This document shows positions 24,290 to 37,640 of a stretch of DNA of 64,000 nt, in pieces. The first letter of the stretch is position 1, and every line of letters begins with the position of its first letter. Source of the stretch: Mobula hypostoma (taxonomy: Eukaryota); contig NC_086108.1 in NCBI RefSeq assembly GCF_963921235.1, positions 66,590,001-66,654,000 on the forward strand, in the 5' to 3' direction. The notes under the pieces are model-generated. The model searched no databases and had not been told where the DNA came from. It worked only from the letters and a program-made list of their open reading frames with translations. The translations under genes and the position numbers were made by a program.

Positions 24290-25340
24290 GAAAGCCCGGA
24301 TTTCCTAAGGAATTTCTCACGCATGGTGGAGCCGCAACCTGCTTGCTGGGAATGGCTAGTCCATTTAGGTTCTTCTAAGAGTAGGTACTCCATCAATCTC
24401 CATAATCAAGGAATTGTATCGGGGAAAATTCTAGACTAGTTCAGTGACTGTACCCTTCACAGACATCTGTAATACCACACTTTGGCCTTCTTGTCAGCCC
24501 AATCATTAATGAGGCTGAACTGATTGAGGAAGAGATTTTATTGTTTCTACTGAAGGCAGAATGACTGACTTTAGAGCCCAGTAAATTAATTTCCAGCCCT
24601 TCAACTCTTGTGGTGCACAGGCAGAATAATCTCTACCATGCGAGGCAGATTGGACTAGCCTAGACATGCTAGCTCTACTGATGTGCCTGCTTGCCCCCTT
24701 GTAGATGCTGATCACTGACGACTCCAGTGGTAGCATTTCTAGTCTGGGTGAGTATAGTGGAGGTGGGTGATATTTTTTCCCTCCGATCTGCACACGTACT
24801 TGTGGAGCGGACCACTGACTGGGCCTAATATTCTTGCTAGGGCACTTTTAGAGTGTTCAAAGGGGGCAGGTTGAATAATGATTTCACATGAAGCACCTCC
24901 CTCAAATGATTGTACATCTGTGAGTCAAAGTACTAACTAACTTCAGTCTGACATAGCTTGCAGGTACTCTCCGGCAGTGATTACTGGATGCCACCAGCAA
25001 GCTTGGCCAACTTTTTCCATTTTTGTCTCATGAGTGTTTCCAATTGCAATCAGTTCAGATCAGACATCAGCTCTTATAATTCCTGAAGCATTGTATCACA
25101 TAGATTTATCCACAAACATGTAGAATGAGAAGAAGGCAGCCTGCTCAAGGATTGAAGTCTCAGAACAGCCCTGAACACAGTAAGGTAGCAGATATCTTTT
25201 GCTGTATTGGGGATGCCTTGAATTTCCCCCTTTCAAATGGGATAGTAAATGAAAACCCCACCTACTTATTTCTAAAGACTTAGAGCATGTCATTTGAAGA
25301 GCATGGGTGCTGTTTGTGCCACCAATGACACTGATCAATC
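24290..25340 (-). mobile_element. Possible ancient RLE-clade (R2/NeSL-like) non-LTR retrotransposon relic
   Basis: Ordered decayed peptides FDSQMYNHLREVLHV..LP, LYSPRLEMLPLES, SHGRDY..LKGWKLIYWALKSVILPS, CGITDV and FSPIQFLDYGD*WSTYS*KNLNGLAIP resemble the thumb-to-RLE C-terminus. Weak, by eye. Confidence 0.35.
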
Positions 25341-26388
25341 AAAACCAGGTTTATCAGTTGTTTATCTTGGTGCTTGCCATGAACCTATTGTTGCATCTGT
25401 GTTATTTCCTGTGGTTCTCTGTTCAACAATAGTGATGATACTCCAAATAGGGAAACCAGAAAAGATCAGGCATATAGAATAAATGGAAGTTCTTAATCTC
25501 CTCTAAAAAAATATGAGCATGAATGCAGCCATTCTTTCATATGCAAATTCAACTCTAAATGTAATGAGTTTTTCTTGCAGACTGTCCACATCAGCATTGG
25601 TGCTTCGGGCAGTAAAGTGGCAGTACTGATGCCTCATGATGGCTGTAAAATGGAAGCTCCTGTGTGATCTCACCTTTTGTAATGCATGTGTAAACCTAGC
25701 TGAGTAAGGTTACCGGCCACCTGTTGCATTTGGTTCAGCTGTGGATTGCCTATCTATGCTTTTCCAGCAAAATATCCAATTGTTCTTTATCAATCCCTGC
25801 ATTAATGGTGTCTTTAGTACCAAAACTTCAACAATTGTCTTCCGAGCTCCTAGATATAATGAACAATCAATCGAATCATTAAAGACTTGTGAGAGCAAAC
25901 AGGGCTGGTGAAAAGGCACCTTTTTGTACATTTTCCATCTAATAGCAGACCTTTGGTAGAAAATTCATCTTTGCTGGTTAGATTGTGGTAAAACGTTGAA
26001 CTTTTTATATGTTATGGAATCATATACACAAAAAATTTAACATTTGATGGGGAATAAATATACATTATTCATGTGAACAAATAAACTTTGAAAAGTAAAT
26101 TTACAATGCCCCATAACATCATGGGGAAAAATACCCTTCTACAAAAAGAAGATGCTGTCATATTGTGGCTGTCCCAGCTTTAGAATTTCATCTTATGCTC
26201 TTCTGTGTTGTCACCGAGAACCTGATGGACCTGATGCAATTAGGCCTTGAGCGTCTGCTGAGCTGAGGAAAAGGCACTTCCTATGTGTAACTGCGAGAAG
26301 TTCTGTCACCTAGCATCAGAAATCTCTTTAACGTTTCTCTCTTAAATAAAACAAACAAGTTATGGGTTAAGGTAAAATGTTCAGCGGG

Positions 26389-26578
26389 TCACGAGGGCCA
26401 CAACAGATTCCAGATTAAGCAGACCACCCCAGAGATGAGTGCCGTTGCTGATGGGACTGTGGCTGTTGCAGTAGAGTTGAAGATGGGATGTTGCTTCTGT
26501 CGATGTGATGGTTCACGTGCAGGTTCCACTGTGATGTAGCCATTGATAATCCTGATATTGGATGGCACAATAGTTGTA
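26389..26578 (-). CDS. TRABD2A: Last coding exon of Tiki metalloprotease (TraB domain containing 2A) with GPI-anchor-type C-terminus
   Basis: Strong acceptor ctcttcttttctcccttcag|, phase 2 matching the upstream exon. It reads (S)TTIVPSNIRIINGYITVEPAREPSHRQKQHPIFNSTATATVPSATALISGVVCLIWNLLWPS*. The junction gives [13 protein letters not shown], as recalled for Tiki proteins. This frame is not in the ORF track. Paralog (2A vs 2B) is less certain than family. Confidence 0.85.
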
Positions 26579-27769
26579 CTGAAGGGAGAAAAGAAGAGGC
26601 CATTATTAGCTGGCTAGGAAGTAAGAAACATCTACAAAATAAATTGACATCCTTCAGGCCTGTTACAGAGTTTGACCGTAAATTAGTTTCTATCTTTCGT
26701 CTGGTTCACTAAACTTGCGCTAGATATAATGGTGTGTAGAATATTAATTGCACATTGGATTCTATACCAAAGTCACAAAATTGGCCAGAACCTTTTTAGT
26801 AGCAATGCTTTGTTGGTTTGCACCTAGAACTGTGTGCTAAACAGAATCAGTACAGTTCTGGATAGGTTCAGGCTCAACTAAATGTGGTTTTTGGCAAATT
26901 TTTGCATTCTGAATAGGGAAATACATCAGAACTTCTACTCAGGAGATGACACTGTCAGTGCAGAAAGTGGACCCCCAACATTCTGTCACCCTTCTACTGC
27001 CCTTGTTCCTGCCATTCTTCAGCTTGTATCTCATGTCCCTCAATTCTGAACTGGTATGCTCTTGGCAAATCCCAGCACCCAAGATGAAACTTGCTTCTCA
27101 CTGAAGTTAAAAGATTTGCTGTCATCTCTGGGCACATACAGTGGCTATAGATCTCTGTGATGCTACAGTGAGCAGCAAATTGGGAGAAAGAACAGAGGTT
27201 TTCTGGAGCAGTTGACAAGACCGGTAATGAGGAAGTCAAAATTCAAGCTGAACTTGACCTCAATGGAGAGAGATGTCTAGGTATGAGGGTATGACTGTGG
27301 CCTTCCCACAGATTTTCTCGTATCTTCGTGTATTAGTCTGGGAAAACCTGGGCTTGCAAGTACATCAACCTGGAGTGCTTTTGATACAGGGTTACTGAAG
27401 ATCTGGGTCTGGGCACATCTTTGTTTCTAGGCACATTCTGCTCTCTGCCATCAGTTGGTAGCGGTAGGGTCAGGTTTCCTGGTGTCACCAGAATCTCACT
27501 TCTTAACAGACATAAATGTAAGAAAGAAGCAGTAAATAAGTTCACCAAAGGCCAAGGTTGCATCCAAAAACTCCAATATCTATCAGCCAGAGAGCAAAGG
27601 TCCATTGCGTTATTTGCACTGTAACATAGTCAGTTGAGTGAAGGTGAGTAACATACAGCAGTGCTAAATGCAATTCTAAATGCACACAGTTTTACCAGGA
27701 AGTGAAAGCTTGTGCAATTGAACATAGATTAAATCATGCCTCTTCAATTTCTAGGCTGGTGTTCACTAT

Positions 27770-28070
27770 GTTTGTTTGTTTATTTATTTACAGAGACAGT
27801 GTGGAACAGGCTCTTCTAGTCCAATGGACAGCACCGCCCAGCAACTGGTCTATTTAACCCTAGCCTAATCACAGGACATTTTACAAGGACCAATTAACCT
27901 ACTGACTGGTAAGTCTTTGGACTATGGGAGAAAACTGGAGCACCTGGAGGAAACCCACGTGCACATGGGAAGAACGTACAAACTTTCTTACAGAGGACAC
28001 TGGAATGAACACTGAACTTTGCCCCGAGTTGCAACAGTATCACACCAACTGCCACACCATGATGTCACTC
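27770..28070 (-). mobile_element. V-SINE-like tRNA SINE
   Basis: (ttta/tttg) tail, then gtctttggactatgggagaaaactggagcacctggaggaaacccacg...agaacgtacaaact. Confidence 0.75.
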
Positions 28071-29034
28071 AAGTTGAGTGAGAGATGGTGAGTAACACAA
28101 TGTTCTCCAATAGCCCGCCTCTTCTGTGATTCTTATCTCAGCTGTCAAAGGATGTCAAGTGAGATAATGCATGGCTTCCCACCAAACGTGAAGTAGACAA
28201 GAGTCAGTTGTCCACTTATGGACTCCAGCAATTTTTACAATAGGATTATGCAGTGTCACTCTTGGTTATTTTAAGTGTCCAGTCCGGTGAGACTACAACA
28301 AAGAAAGGGAGTTACGTGCCTTAAAACAAAATGCATCTCTCAAGTGGCCACTTCGGTATTTCATGTGTTTGTAGGCTTATTTAAGTTAAATAAAATATAA
28401 AACAGGATTGATTTCATGAGAAACTTTATGCCAGAGAAGTTCAGACAAGGCATTAATCTAGCTCAGTAATGTTTTCCATCAAGTTTAATCTTTAAACATA
28501 CATGGCCCAGTGAATGCAGGTCATGTTATTACCTGCAATCAAACAACAAACTTGGCGCCTTTAAATGCTCCTGGAAATGGAGTCACAATGACTGGTAGTT
28601 AAGGTCTTTATAAAAGATTTCAAAGGCCACATGGTAAAATGACAGATTCTTATTGTTACCATTAAAACAGTAATTTCCTGTGAGGATCAAATCTGGTTGC
28701 ACACCAAATTATTTGTTTGTAGAACCTGTTGCTTAGTTATGTGTAAATATATTCTGATCTCATTCACACACGTGCAGAATGAGTTTAACAACAAATTCAG
28801 TGTAAATAATTAAGACCAGCGGAAGGAGTCAAGATTGTATTCCCATTTATGAGTGAAAACTAATTATTGAGGGTAAGCAAAGAGAAATTGCACAAAAGAG
28901 TTGCAATGAGACATCAGGAAAGTAATGATCAGCACCTTCACTTAAAATTCTGGATTTAACTTCATTTTAAGCCAGTTTAATTGGAGGGTATTTCCCTGTA
29001 AGTCTTTAGTTTAGGGCTGAATTAATTATAATTG

Positions 29035-29400
29035 GCGAGGAGACACCAGAGACTGCGGATGGTGGAGTATGAAGCAATGAACAATCTGATGGAGGAAGTC
29101 AGTTGGCCAGGTGGTTGTGATTAGATGAGGAGTGCGGGGTGGGGAAGATGTGGGTGTAAGACCTGCTGCACTTGGGCCCTGATGCAGAGTTTCAACCTGA
29201 AACATCAACCATTCTTTTACCCTTTGAATGATGTTTGACTGGTTAAGTTCCTCCAAAGTATTAATCTTCTTTGTTTCATATCTTCAAGAAAAAATGGAAG
29301 AACCCGTTGGTTTCTCTTCCACACATGCCAATCACTGGCCTAATTCTTCCAGCACTTCTGTTTGTGTTTCAGATTCCATCGTCTAAAATTTTGTTTTCCA
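29035..29400. mobile_element. Degenerate Penelope-like terminal repeat fragments in both orientations
   Basis: gactgcggatggtggag..., ccctgatgcagagtttcaacctgaaacatc..., ttcttccagcacttctgtttgtgtttcagattcc. Confidence 0.5.
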
Positions 29401-30059
29401 AGATATTTTCAAGAACAGGGATTGACTGAAACTGAACGTTAGGGAGAAGAAATGAAGATATCTAGGGAATAACGTCCATAAGCTGTGCCTCCATTTCTTT
29501 CAGTTTTCTTTTTAAACAAGAATTGTTCTATATATCAGGTTTTTTGTATAAATTTGCAAATTCCATAAGGGAAAATTACCATTAGTCAAACTGCTGTAAC
29601 ACATGGGTCACTTGAATTTAGAATGGCTAATGTTTCATTTGAATTGTCGATTATATGTATTTGTTACATGACTATATTTCAACTAATGGATAAATGCCAT
29701 CTTTTGGTGTTATCAGCAATTTCTTACTAAATCATGTTAAATAAACAAAACTGAGAAAGTGACACACTGACATAGTATTCTAAGTTCAGAAGATCACTCA
29801 AAATGTTGACAAGCCATATGAAGTATTCAAGGAAGCAATAGGTTACCCTTGTCTGTCTTGATCACTGACCCTATCACTTCTATTTCCTTCTTTACCATGT
29901 AAGACTAATTCCCAATTATCCTTTAGGCCTTCTACTACTTTAAACATTTTGAGTTGCAGTACAGTGTCAATACAAATTGCCTGAAAATTGAGCTGAGCAT
30001 TGAAAGTGGGAAATTCAAATGCTGTCAAGACCTCCTATCTTGGGAGACAATGAAGTTAT

Positions 30060-30640
30060 ACCAGAAAATCACAAGAAATAGGAGCAGAATTAGGCTGCTT
30101 GACCCCTCAAGTCTATTCCATCATGGCTGATTTATTATCCCTCTTAACCCCATTCTACTGCCTTCTCTCTGTAACCACTGATGCCCTGACTAATCAAGAA
30201 ACTATGAAATTCCACTTTAAATATACCCAATGACTTGGCCTCCACAGCAGTCATTGGCAATAAGTTCCACAGATCCACCAGCCTCTGACTAAAGAAATTC
30301 CTCCTCATCCCTGGCCTGTAGGGACATCATTCTTTTCTGAAGGTGTGCCCTCTGGTCCTAGGCTCTCCCATTATAGGAAACATCCTCTCAACGTCCACTC
30401 TATCCAGGCCTTTTAATATTCGGTAGGCTTCAATAAGATTCTCCCCTTATTCTTTTAAACTCCAGCGTGCATACCCAGGACGATGAAAAGCTACTCAAAC
30501 ATTAACACTTAAATTCCCATGATCATTCCTGTGAACCTCCTCTGGCCCCTCTCCAATGCCAGCACATCCTTTCTTAGATAGGGGGCCCAAAGCTGCTCAC
30601 AATACTCCAAGTACAGTCTGACCAATGCCATAAAAAGCTT
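30060..30640 (-). mobile_element. CR1 3' fragment
   Basis: Tail caagaaataggagcagaattaggc. Degenerate LVRLYLEYCEQLWAP...RRNFFSQR. Confidence 0.85.
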
Positions 30641-32289
30641 CAATTCGTGCTCATTTCAAGTCAAAATCCAGGCATAAGATGAAATCATGGAATCAGCTAC
30701 ATTTAAGTGGCAAATTGGATGCCATAAATGGACTTTGAGTATAGAGATTGTTCAGACATCATCAAATGTGGAAAACATTTTAGGTTCACTATTCAAGAAT
30801 ACGTTGCTGACCAGGTTGCAAAGTGCTCTTTTCTCTAAATCTTTTAAAAGGATTGCTTCAAAGGTATGAATTGGCAAATTTAATGGACAGCAGAAGGACA
30901 CACAGTTCTGTGAAAGATTATATTGTATGAATCACTTCAACTCCTCAATATAACAAGTATTTCATCTGATGATAAGGACCAAAAAAATGTTGAAGCAGAC
31001 ATCCTTCTAATATGAACCACATTTTCACCTAAGATGAAATTCTCAAGTGCATGCATCAGATTGATAGAATATTACTTTTTTAGAAGATTGGATCAGTAGC
31101 AAAATGGTCCAACTCTAACTACTGCATACAACATAAAGATATGAAGTAATAACACACTTGGAACTAGATAGAAGGGCCAATGATCATTTTCTCTGGCCAA
31201 CCAAAACTTGTATTGTGGAACAACTTGCAGTAAGTGAATAAAATTTTGCTCCTATTACGTAGAATCTGTTCCATGTACTTATTGGATGATGTCTGCTAAA
31301 CACGTGCAAGTTTAATGCAACTATAGGATTGTGAATTTTCAATCACATTACATGATTCAAACCAGATCACTGAATTTGCCATTTGTCTCATCTTGAAGAT
31401 ACATTGCTGCAGGTCATAGATCATTACAGAACTGAGCTGAACCAGTTTTAGTACAAGTTTTGAAAATTATTGTACATTCTAGCTTTTTTTAAATGTGCAA
31501 ATGGGGTATGTCCCATAATATCTCTAACATTGGGCTCATGCTGAATAATTTCCCATTACGTGCAGACCTGCTTGGGTGCAGCATTAGAACATCTGCATTT
31601 CTAAGTCAAGTGGAGTTGAATGCAGCCTAATAATAGACAGCCACACCAGCTGCTGCAACTAGCTATAAATTCCACGGAATTATAATTTTTCTCCATTAAA
31701 AGTGAACCCTAAAATATATTCCAGTTCCCACACCTGCCTACCCATTACAAATGTGCTGATTTCAGCCTGAGCAACAGTTCTATAATTAGTAGCTAAACAA
31801 AACAGCATTCTTCATGTCATTCTAGGAAGATTCAACAGGTTATTTCAAAAATAGATGACCGGAAGCATCAGAAGAGAAGCAGATTTGACCAGGATTGGTG
31901 ATGCACACAGGAACAATCTAGCAACAACAGCTGTGTGGTAAACTAGAACCAGGATGGCAGGGTGACACCTTCCTCCTCCTGATCCAGAAATACTTGAAAG
32001 AACTATTGTGCCTACACTCCTCCATCTGAAGTCAACCCTAAGCAGGGCCTAGACATGGAACTTTGAGACTGAACACTGAACCAGAAGGTTAAGAGTTAAA
32101 CCAGGTAATGAATTAACCCAGTGGAGAAATTTATTTCATAGCTTCATACAGCACAAGAGGAGGAGGCCAATCAGTCCATAGCCAGTGCACAAAATGAGCA
32201 AAAACAGATGCTTCTGGGCTAAAAGTACAACTACCCCATGAGATGTAGAAATTGTTCTACTTGTGATCTAATCATATTCACAGAAATAG

Positions 32290-33115
32290 AAGCAGGATTC
32301 TGGGGCAGGCAGAGGGCCAGCGCAGGGTCTCCAAGAAGAGGAGAAGGGTTGGAGACAGGAGAAAGGATCATCGGTGTGGGGTGCGGAATTCTTACCAATG
32401 AAGTAGGCTCTGAGATGGAGACAACAGAAGAGTTTGGTGTAATGGGTGTGGAACTCGCTGAGGCACGGGCAAAGCAAGACAAAAGTCAAGCCCTTGCTAA
32501 GGACAGAATTTTTGCCTCAGTGAGGGGAAGGTCGGAGGTCGGCGGGAATGGTGAAGAGACAGCATGGATTAGAGCTGGGACTGAAGGGGGAAGAAGAGTT
32601 GTCAGAGCAAGGGGGAGGGTTAGGGTGTTCAGGGAATGAGGGGTGGTAGGAAGATGGAGGCTCTGAGGATCCAAGAGTAGAGTCGAAGAAACCTGGGGTT
32701 GGAGAATGGTTCTGGGGAAGGGGAAGGGGAACCTAGGGGCCAGTAGCGGCAGCAGCAGCAAGGAAGGTCTCGGCTGGCGGCCAAGTTCCAGGCTGGAGAC
32801 AGAGCCAGAGCCACAGGCCCAGCCCGCACAATTTGCAGTCTGAAGGTATCTGGGGTCGTAGGAACCGGAGTTGGTAGCTGTGGAATCCAAGGTTTGAATC
32901 CACTCAGGGCTGTTGGAACTGGGGTTGGTGACAATTGTGTCACTGCTCTGGAGGAGTCCAGGGTCATCAGAGCTGGTGTTGGAGACAGTGAACTCCACAG
33001 TCTGGGGTGTCCAATCAAACTGAGGTCCTAGCAGGAGGCAGCAGGGTCAGGGGTGCGTGCAGGGCCACTGGAACCAGAGTTGGATAAGGTGGGATCCACG
33101 GTCAGGAGTTGGGCG
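32290..33115 (-). mobile_element. Penelope-like element ORF N-terminal region
   Basis: SDLPLTEA..LSKGLTFVLLCPCLSEFH...LHLRAYF...DDPFSCLQPFSSSW (LxKGLxF motif preceding the PLE RT), with a Pro/Ser-rich upstream segment. Confidence 0.75.
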
Positions 33116-33132
33116 ATTTTTTTATATATATA

Positions 33133-33133
<1 letters not shown>

Positions 33134-33179
<46 letters not shown>

Positions 33180-33186
33180 TGAGAGA
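33134..33186. repeat. (TG)n(GA)n microsatellite
   Basis: Seen directly. Confidence 0.98.
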
Positions 33187-34589
33187 ATGAGAATTGCTGC
33201 CTTGAGAAAATTCACTAGCTTCCACTCTATCTGTGCCTCTTATCATCTTATGCACTATATGATAAGACAATCCATATGGAGTACTTCCGTCCTCCGTGCA
33301 GATGAGATGAATGTGATTCATTACTTCATATAAGCAAAAACATTTTACTTATTAACTTTACATTTAATTTTACTTATTCATTAATACTTATCTAGAAATT
33401 AAATATTCATGGTTTGATATTTTGTGATTGCAGATGCTGAAAGTCAATATTTTTGGTTTCCAAAGTAAATCTTCACTGTGATAGACCAGGGAAGACGAGC
33501 TATCCTGGCTGAAGATTTAGATTATTTATCTTCTATTTATTCTGCTCCATTTCAGGCATTATGAATGCTGGAGTCAGAAGTATATTGAAGTCTTACCAGA
33601 TAAAACAGGTGTCAGACCAATGAAGTGATGTATTCCTCGGGTCAATAGTGCTTTCCTTGAGACTCCAAATCTAACAGGAAATACTATTGCAAGATTTTCA
33701 TTGTACATGGACTGGTGACTTGCAGGACCTGTCTGCACCTTGCATTACAACCAGCAATGGGCTTCAGTGGTGACTGACACGGGGTCAACTTACTGACCCT
33801 GGTGTTTTAGGGGCTTTGGGGTTGAAATAAAGTTTGTTTCCAGGTGACGCACTTTGGGTCAAAAGGATAAATAGAGGTGTCATTGTGACAGATTGCTTTA
33901 TGAGGAATCTTGCATCTCTTGCTGTACAATAAGGTTTTGATTGGTGTTGAAGAGAAAAGCCTCCTGTTTTGAGCACACTACTAGGAACATGAGAAGTAAT
34001 TTTAACTTTGAAGTGAAAGGTAACTGAAATCACTTCTAGCTCAATAACCTTTGAAAATATGAGGCCCTATAATTCTGGCTTCTGGATTATTCCCAAATTT
34101 AGGTATTTTTAGCTGCCAAGGCATGAGGCACTGGAATGTCATCCTTAACTGTTTCCAGCTTTCTAACTACTCTCCTCCTTCAAGTCCTTTATTAAATAGA
34201 TATCACTCCCACCAAATTTTTGCACTCTTATCATATTAGCTACATAATGTGGCTTGGCGTTATATTGGATGGGTTATGTACCTCCTGAAGAGTGTATTCA
34301 GATATTTTACTACTATAAGGACATTATGTACAGTAGTTGATTTGGCTGCAGTATCTTCTGTAATTAATGTATATCATTAAGACCTATAAACCCTTCATGG
34401 GTCTGGTACAAGGTCATATAGATCAGGATTTATTCAAAATTGAGAACTTGAACAGGAAAAAAAGGGAAGTCAGAAATTAGAAATGGGAACAAAGAGAAAG
34501 ATGATCATCCAGCTTGGCTATGATATGAAAATGGAAATCCTATACTGTACTAATATCTGCCCAGGGATTCAAATAATGAGTGACAGTTA

Positions 34590-35249
34590 CTGACTTGGTC
34601 CAACCAAGCAGAGTCCACTGCCAAGAAGGCCCACCAGCGCCTTTACTTCCTGAGAAAGTTAAAGAAATTTGGCCTGTCCCCTAAAACCCTCACTAATTTT
34701 TATAAATGCACCATAAAAAGCATTCGTCTAGGGTGCATCACAACCTGGTATGAAAGTTATCCTGTCCAAGACCGAAAGAAGCTGCAGAAGATCGTGAACA
34801 CAGCCCAGCACATCACACAAACCAATCTTCAGTCCTTGGACTCACTTTACACCGCACGCTGTTGGAGCAGTGCTGCCAGGATAATCAAGGACACAACCCA
34901 CCCAGCCAACACACTTTTCGTCTCTCTTCCCTCCGGGAGAAGGCTCAGGAGCTTGAAGACTTGTACGGCCAGATTTGGGAACAGCTTCTTTCTAACTGTG
35001 ATAAGACTGCTGAACGGATCCTGACCCGGATCTGGGCCGTACCCTCCAAATATCCGGACCTGCCTCTCGTTTTTTTTTGCACTACCTTACTTTCCCTTTT
35101 CTATTTTCTATTTATGATTTATAATTTAAATTTTTAATATTTACCTTTGATTTGTACTCCAGGGGGCGCGAAGCGCAGAATCAAATATTGCTGTGATGAT
35201 TGTATGCTCCAGTATCAATTGTTTGGCGACAATAAAGTATAAAGTATAA
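34590..35249 (+). mobile_element. Rex1/Babar-type LINE 3' end, young
   Basis: TWSNQAESTAKKAHQRLYFLRKLKKFGL...HPANTLFVSLPSGRRLRS...NSFFLTVIRLLNGS*, tail aataaagtataaagtataa. Confidence 0.9.
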
Positions 35250-35589
35250 TTGGCTACCTGGCAAGACTTTGCAAGACTGATAAGAAGAAAAGGCATTCAG
35301 TAGAAGGTTGGAAAAATATAAAAGATTTTGAAGCTGACTTCTTCCTTAATCTACATTGAAAAACTAATGCATTTAAAAATCATGTCAACTATTGTCATTT
35401 CCAAAAGTAATCTGGAATTAACCCAGACCCCTGAAAGAACAGCTTTGAGATGACTTACACCGAGAAACAGGTGTTAGAACAGGTCTTGCTTGATGCTAAT
35501 TGAACCTCACATCAAGCTACCGATGCTTTGTTGATACCCTTTCTCAATGCTCTACAGCCATAAAAGGCACAATCCATGTGGCATTTTCC

Positions 35590-37640
35590 TGCCTTTTCTC
35601 AGAAACCTTTAATGCCCTGACTAACTAAGAACCTATCAACCTCCACTTTAAATATACTTAATGACTTGGCCTCCAAAACTACCTCTGGCAATGAATTCCA
35701 CAGATCCACTACCCTCTGGCTAAAGAAATTCCTTCTCTGTTCTAAATGCATGTCCCTCTTTTCACTACGGAACCACTCACTGCACATCCATTCTATTAGG
35801 GCTTTTCAATATTCTACAGGTTTCAATGAGATATCCCCTCATTCTTTGAAACTCGAGCAAGTACAGGCCCAGAGCCGTCAATGTTCTTCAGACATTAACC
35901 TTTTTATTCCAGGAATTGTTCTCATTAACCTCATCTGGACCCTCTCCAATGCCAACACATCTTTTCTGAGGTATGGAGTCCAAAACTACTCACAAGACTT
36001 CAACCTCAGTCAAACCAATGCCTTATAAAATCCCAGCATTAGATCCTTGCTCTTATGCTTTAGTCTTCTCGAAATGAATGCCAACATTGCATTTGCTTTC
36101 CTTACCACTGAATCAACCTGCAAGTTGATCTTTTGGCAATACTGCACAAGGACTCCCAAGTCACTTTGAACCTCTGATTTTTTAAATTTTCTCCCCATTT
36201 AGAAGATAGTCCACACCCCTATTTCTTCTACCAAAGAACATGACCACACACTTCTCTACACTATATTACATTTGCCATTTTATTTTCTATTTTCTATTCT
36301 CCTAATCTGTCCAAGTCCTTCTGCAGACTCACTGCTTCCTCAACACTATCTGCCTCTCCGCCCAACCTTATATTATCTGCAAACTTGACCACAAAGTAAT
36401 CAATTCTGTCATTCCAATCATTGACATATAACATGAAAAGAAGGGGTCCCTATACTGACCCCTGTAGAACATCACTAGTCACCACTGACAACCAGAATAA
36501 GCTCCCTTTATTCTTTGCCTCCTGCCAGTCAGCCAATCTTCTATCCATGCTAGTATCTTTCCTTAATACCATAGGTTCTTATCTTGTTAAACAGCCTCAT
36601 GTGTGGTACCTTGTCAAAGACCTTCAGAAAATCCAAGTAAACAACATCCATCAATTCTCCTTTGTCTATCCTGCCTGTTATTCAGAGAATTCCAGCAGAT
36701 TTGTCAGGCAGGATTTCCCCTTAAGGAATCCATCTTGACTTTGACCTATTTTATCTTGTGCCTCCAAGTACCCCAACCTCATTCTTAATGATGGACTTCA
36801 ACCTCTTCCCAACCACATAAGTTAAGCTACCTGGCCTATAATTTTCTTTCTTCTGCCTCCCTCTCTTAAAAGAGTGGTAGGACTTTTGCAATTTTCCAGT
36901 CCTCTGGAACCATTCCAGAATCTAGTGATTCTTGAAAGATTATTAGTAATGCCTTCACAATCTCTTCAGCTACCTCTTTCAGAACCTGAGGTGTAGTTCA
37001 TCTGGTCCAGGTGACTTATCTACCTTCTGCCCTTCTAGTTTTCCAAGCACCTTCTACTTAGTAATACCAACTACACTCACTTCTTCCCCCTGAAACTCTC
37101 AAATTTCCAGCATACTCTTAGTTTCTTCCACAGTGAAGACTGACACAAAATACTTATTAACTTTGCTATTTTTCTGTCCCTCATTGCTACCTCTTCAGTA
37201 TTATTTTTCAATGGTCCAACATCCACTCTCGCCTCTCCTTTACTCTTTCTATATCTGGGAAAAAAAAATCTGGTATCCTGTTTTATTTTATTGATTAGTT
37301 TACCTTCATCTTTTCTCTCCATATGATTTTTTTCATTTGCCTTCTGTTTGTTTTAATAAGCTTCCCAATCCTGTAATTTCCCATCAATTTTTGCTATAGT
37401 GTATACTGTTTCCTTTCAAGTATAACACCTTCAGACCTGTATTCATCACCCTTTTCGATTTTGCCCCCTTGTTAATTTCAACTCATTCCCCTGACTGCAA
37501 TTTTGTCGTATCATCGGTGTGTCCTTCCTCACAGTCTCCCCATACATTAGGTTGATGGTATACCAGCTGCCCCATCCTCAGCCCTATCACTTTGGTTCCC
37601 ATCCCCCTGCCAACTTAGACTAAATCCTCCTGAACAGCTC
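35590..37640 (-). mobile_element. CR1 LINE, degenerate ORF2
   Basis: RRNFFSQRVVDLWNSLP and SEVQSDLGVLV...KANAMLAFISR, plus RT and EN relics. Confidence 0.9.

Noticed and set aside
26415..26603. ORF-track protein MASSFLPSVQ...
   Set aside because: It is an alternative frame over the true Tiki last exon and its acceptor.
32486..33018. Pro/Ser-rich ORFs as a host gene
   Set aside because: They run directly into the Penelope-like LSKGLTF region and are part of that element.
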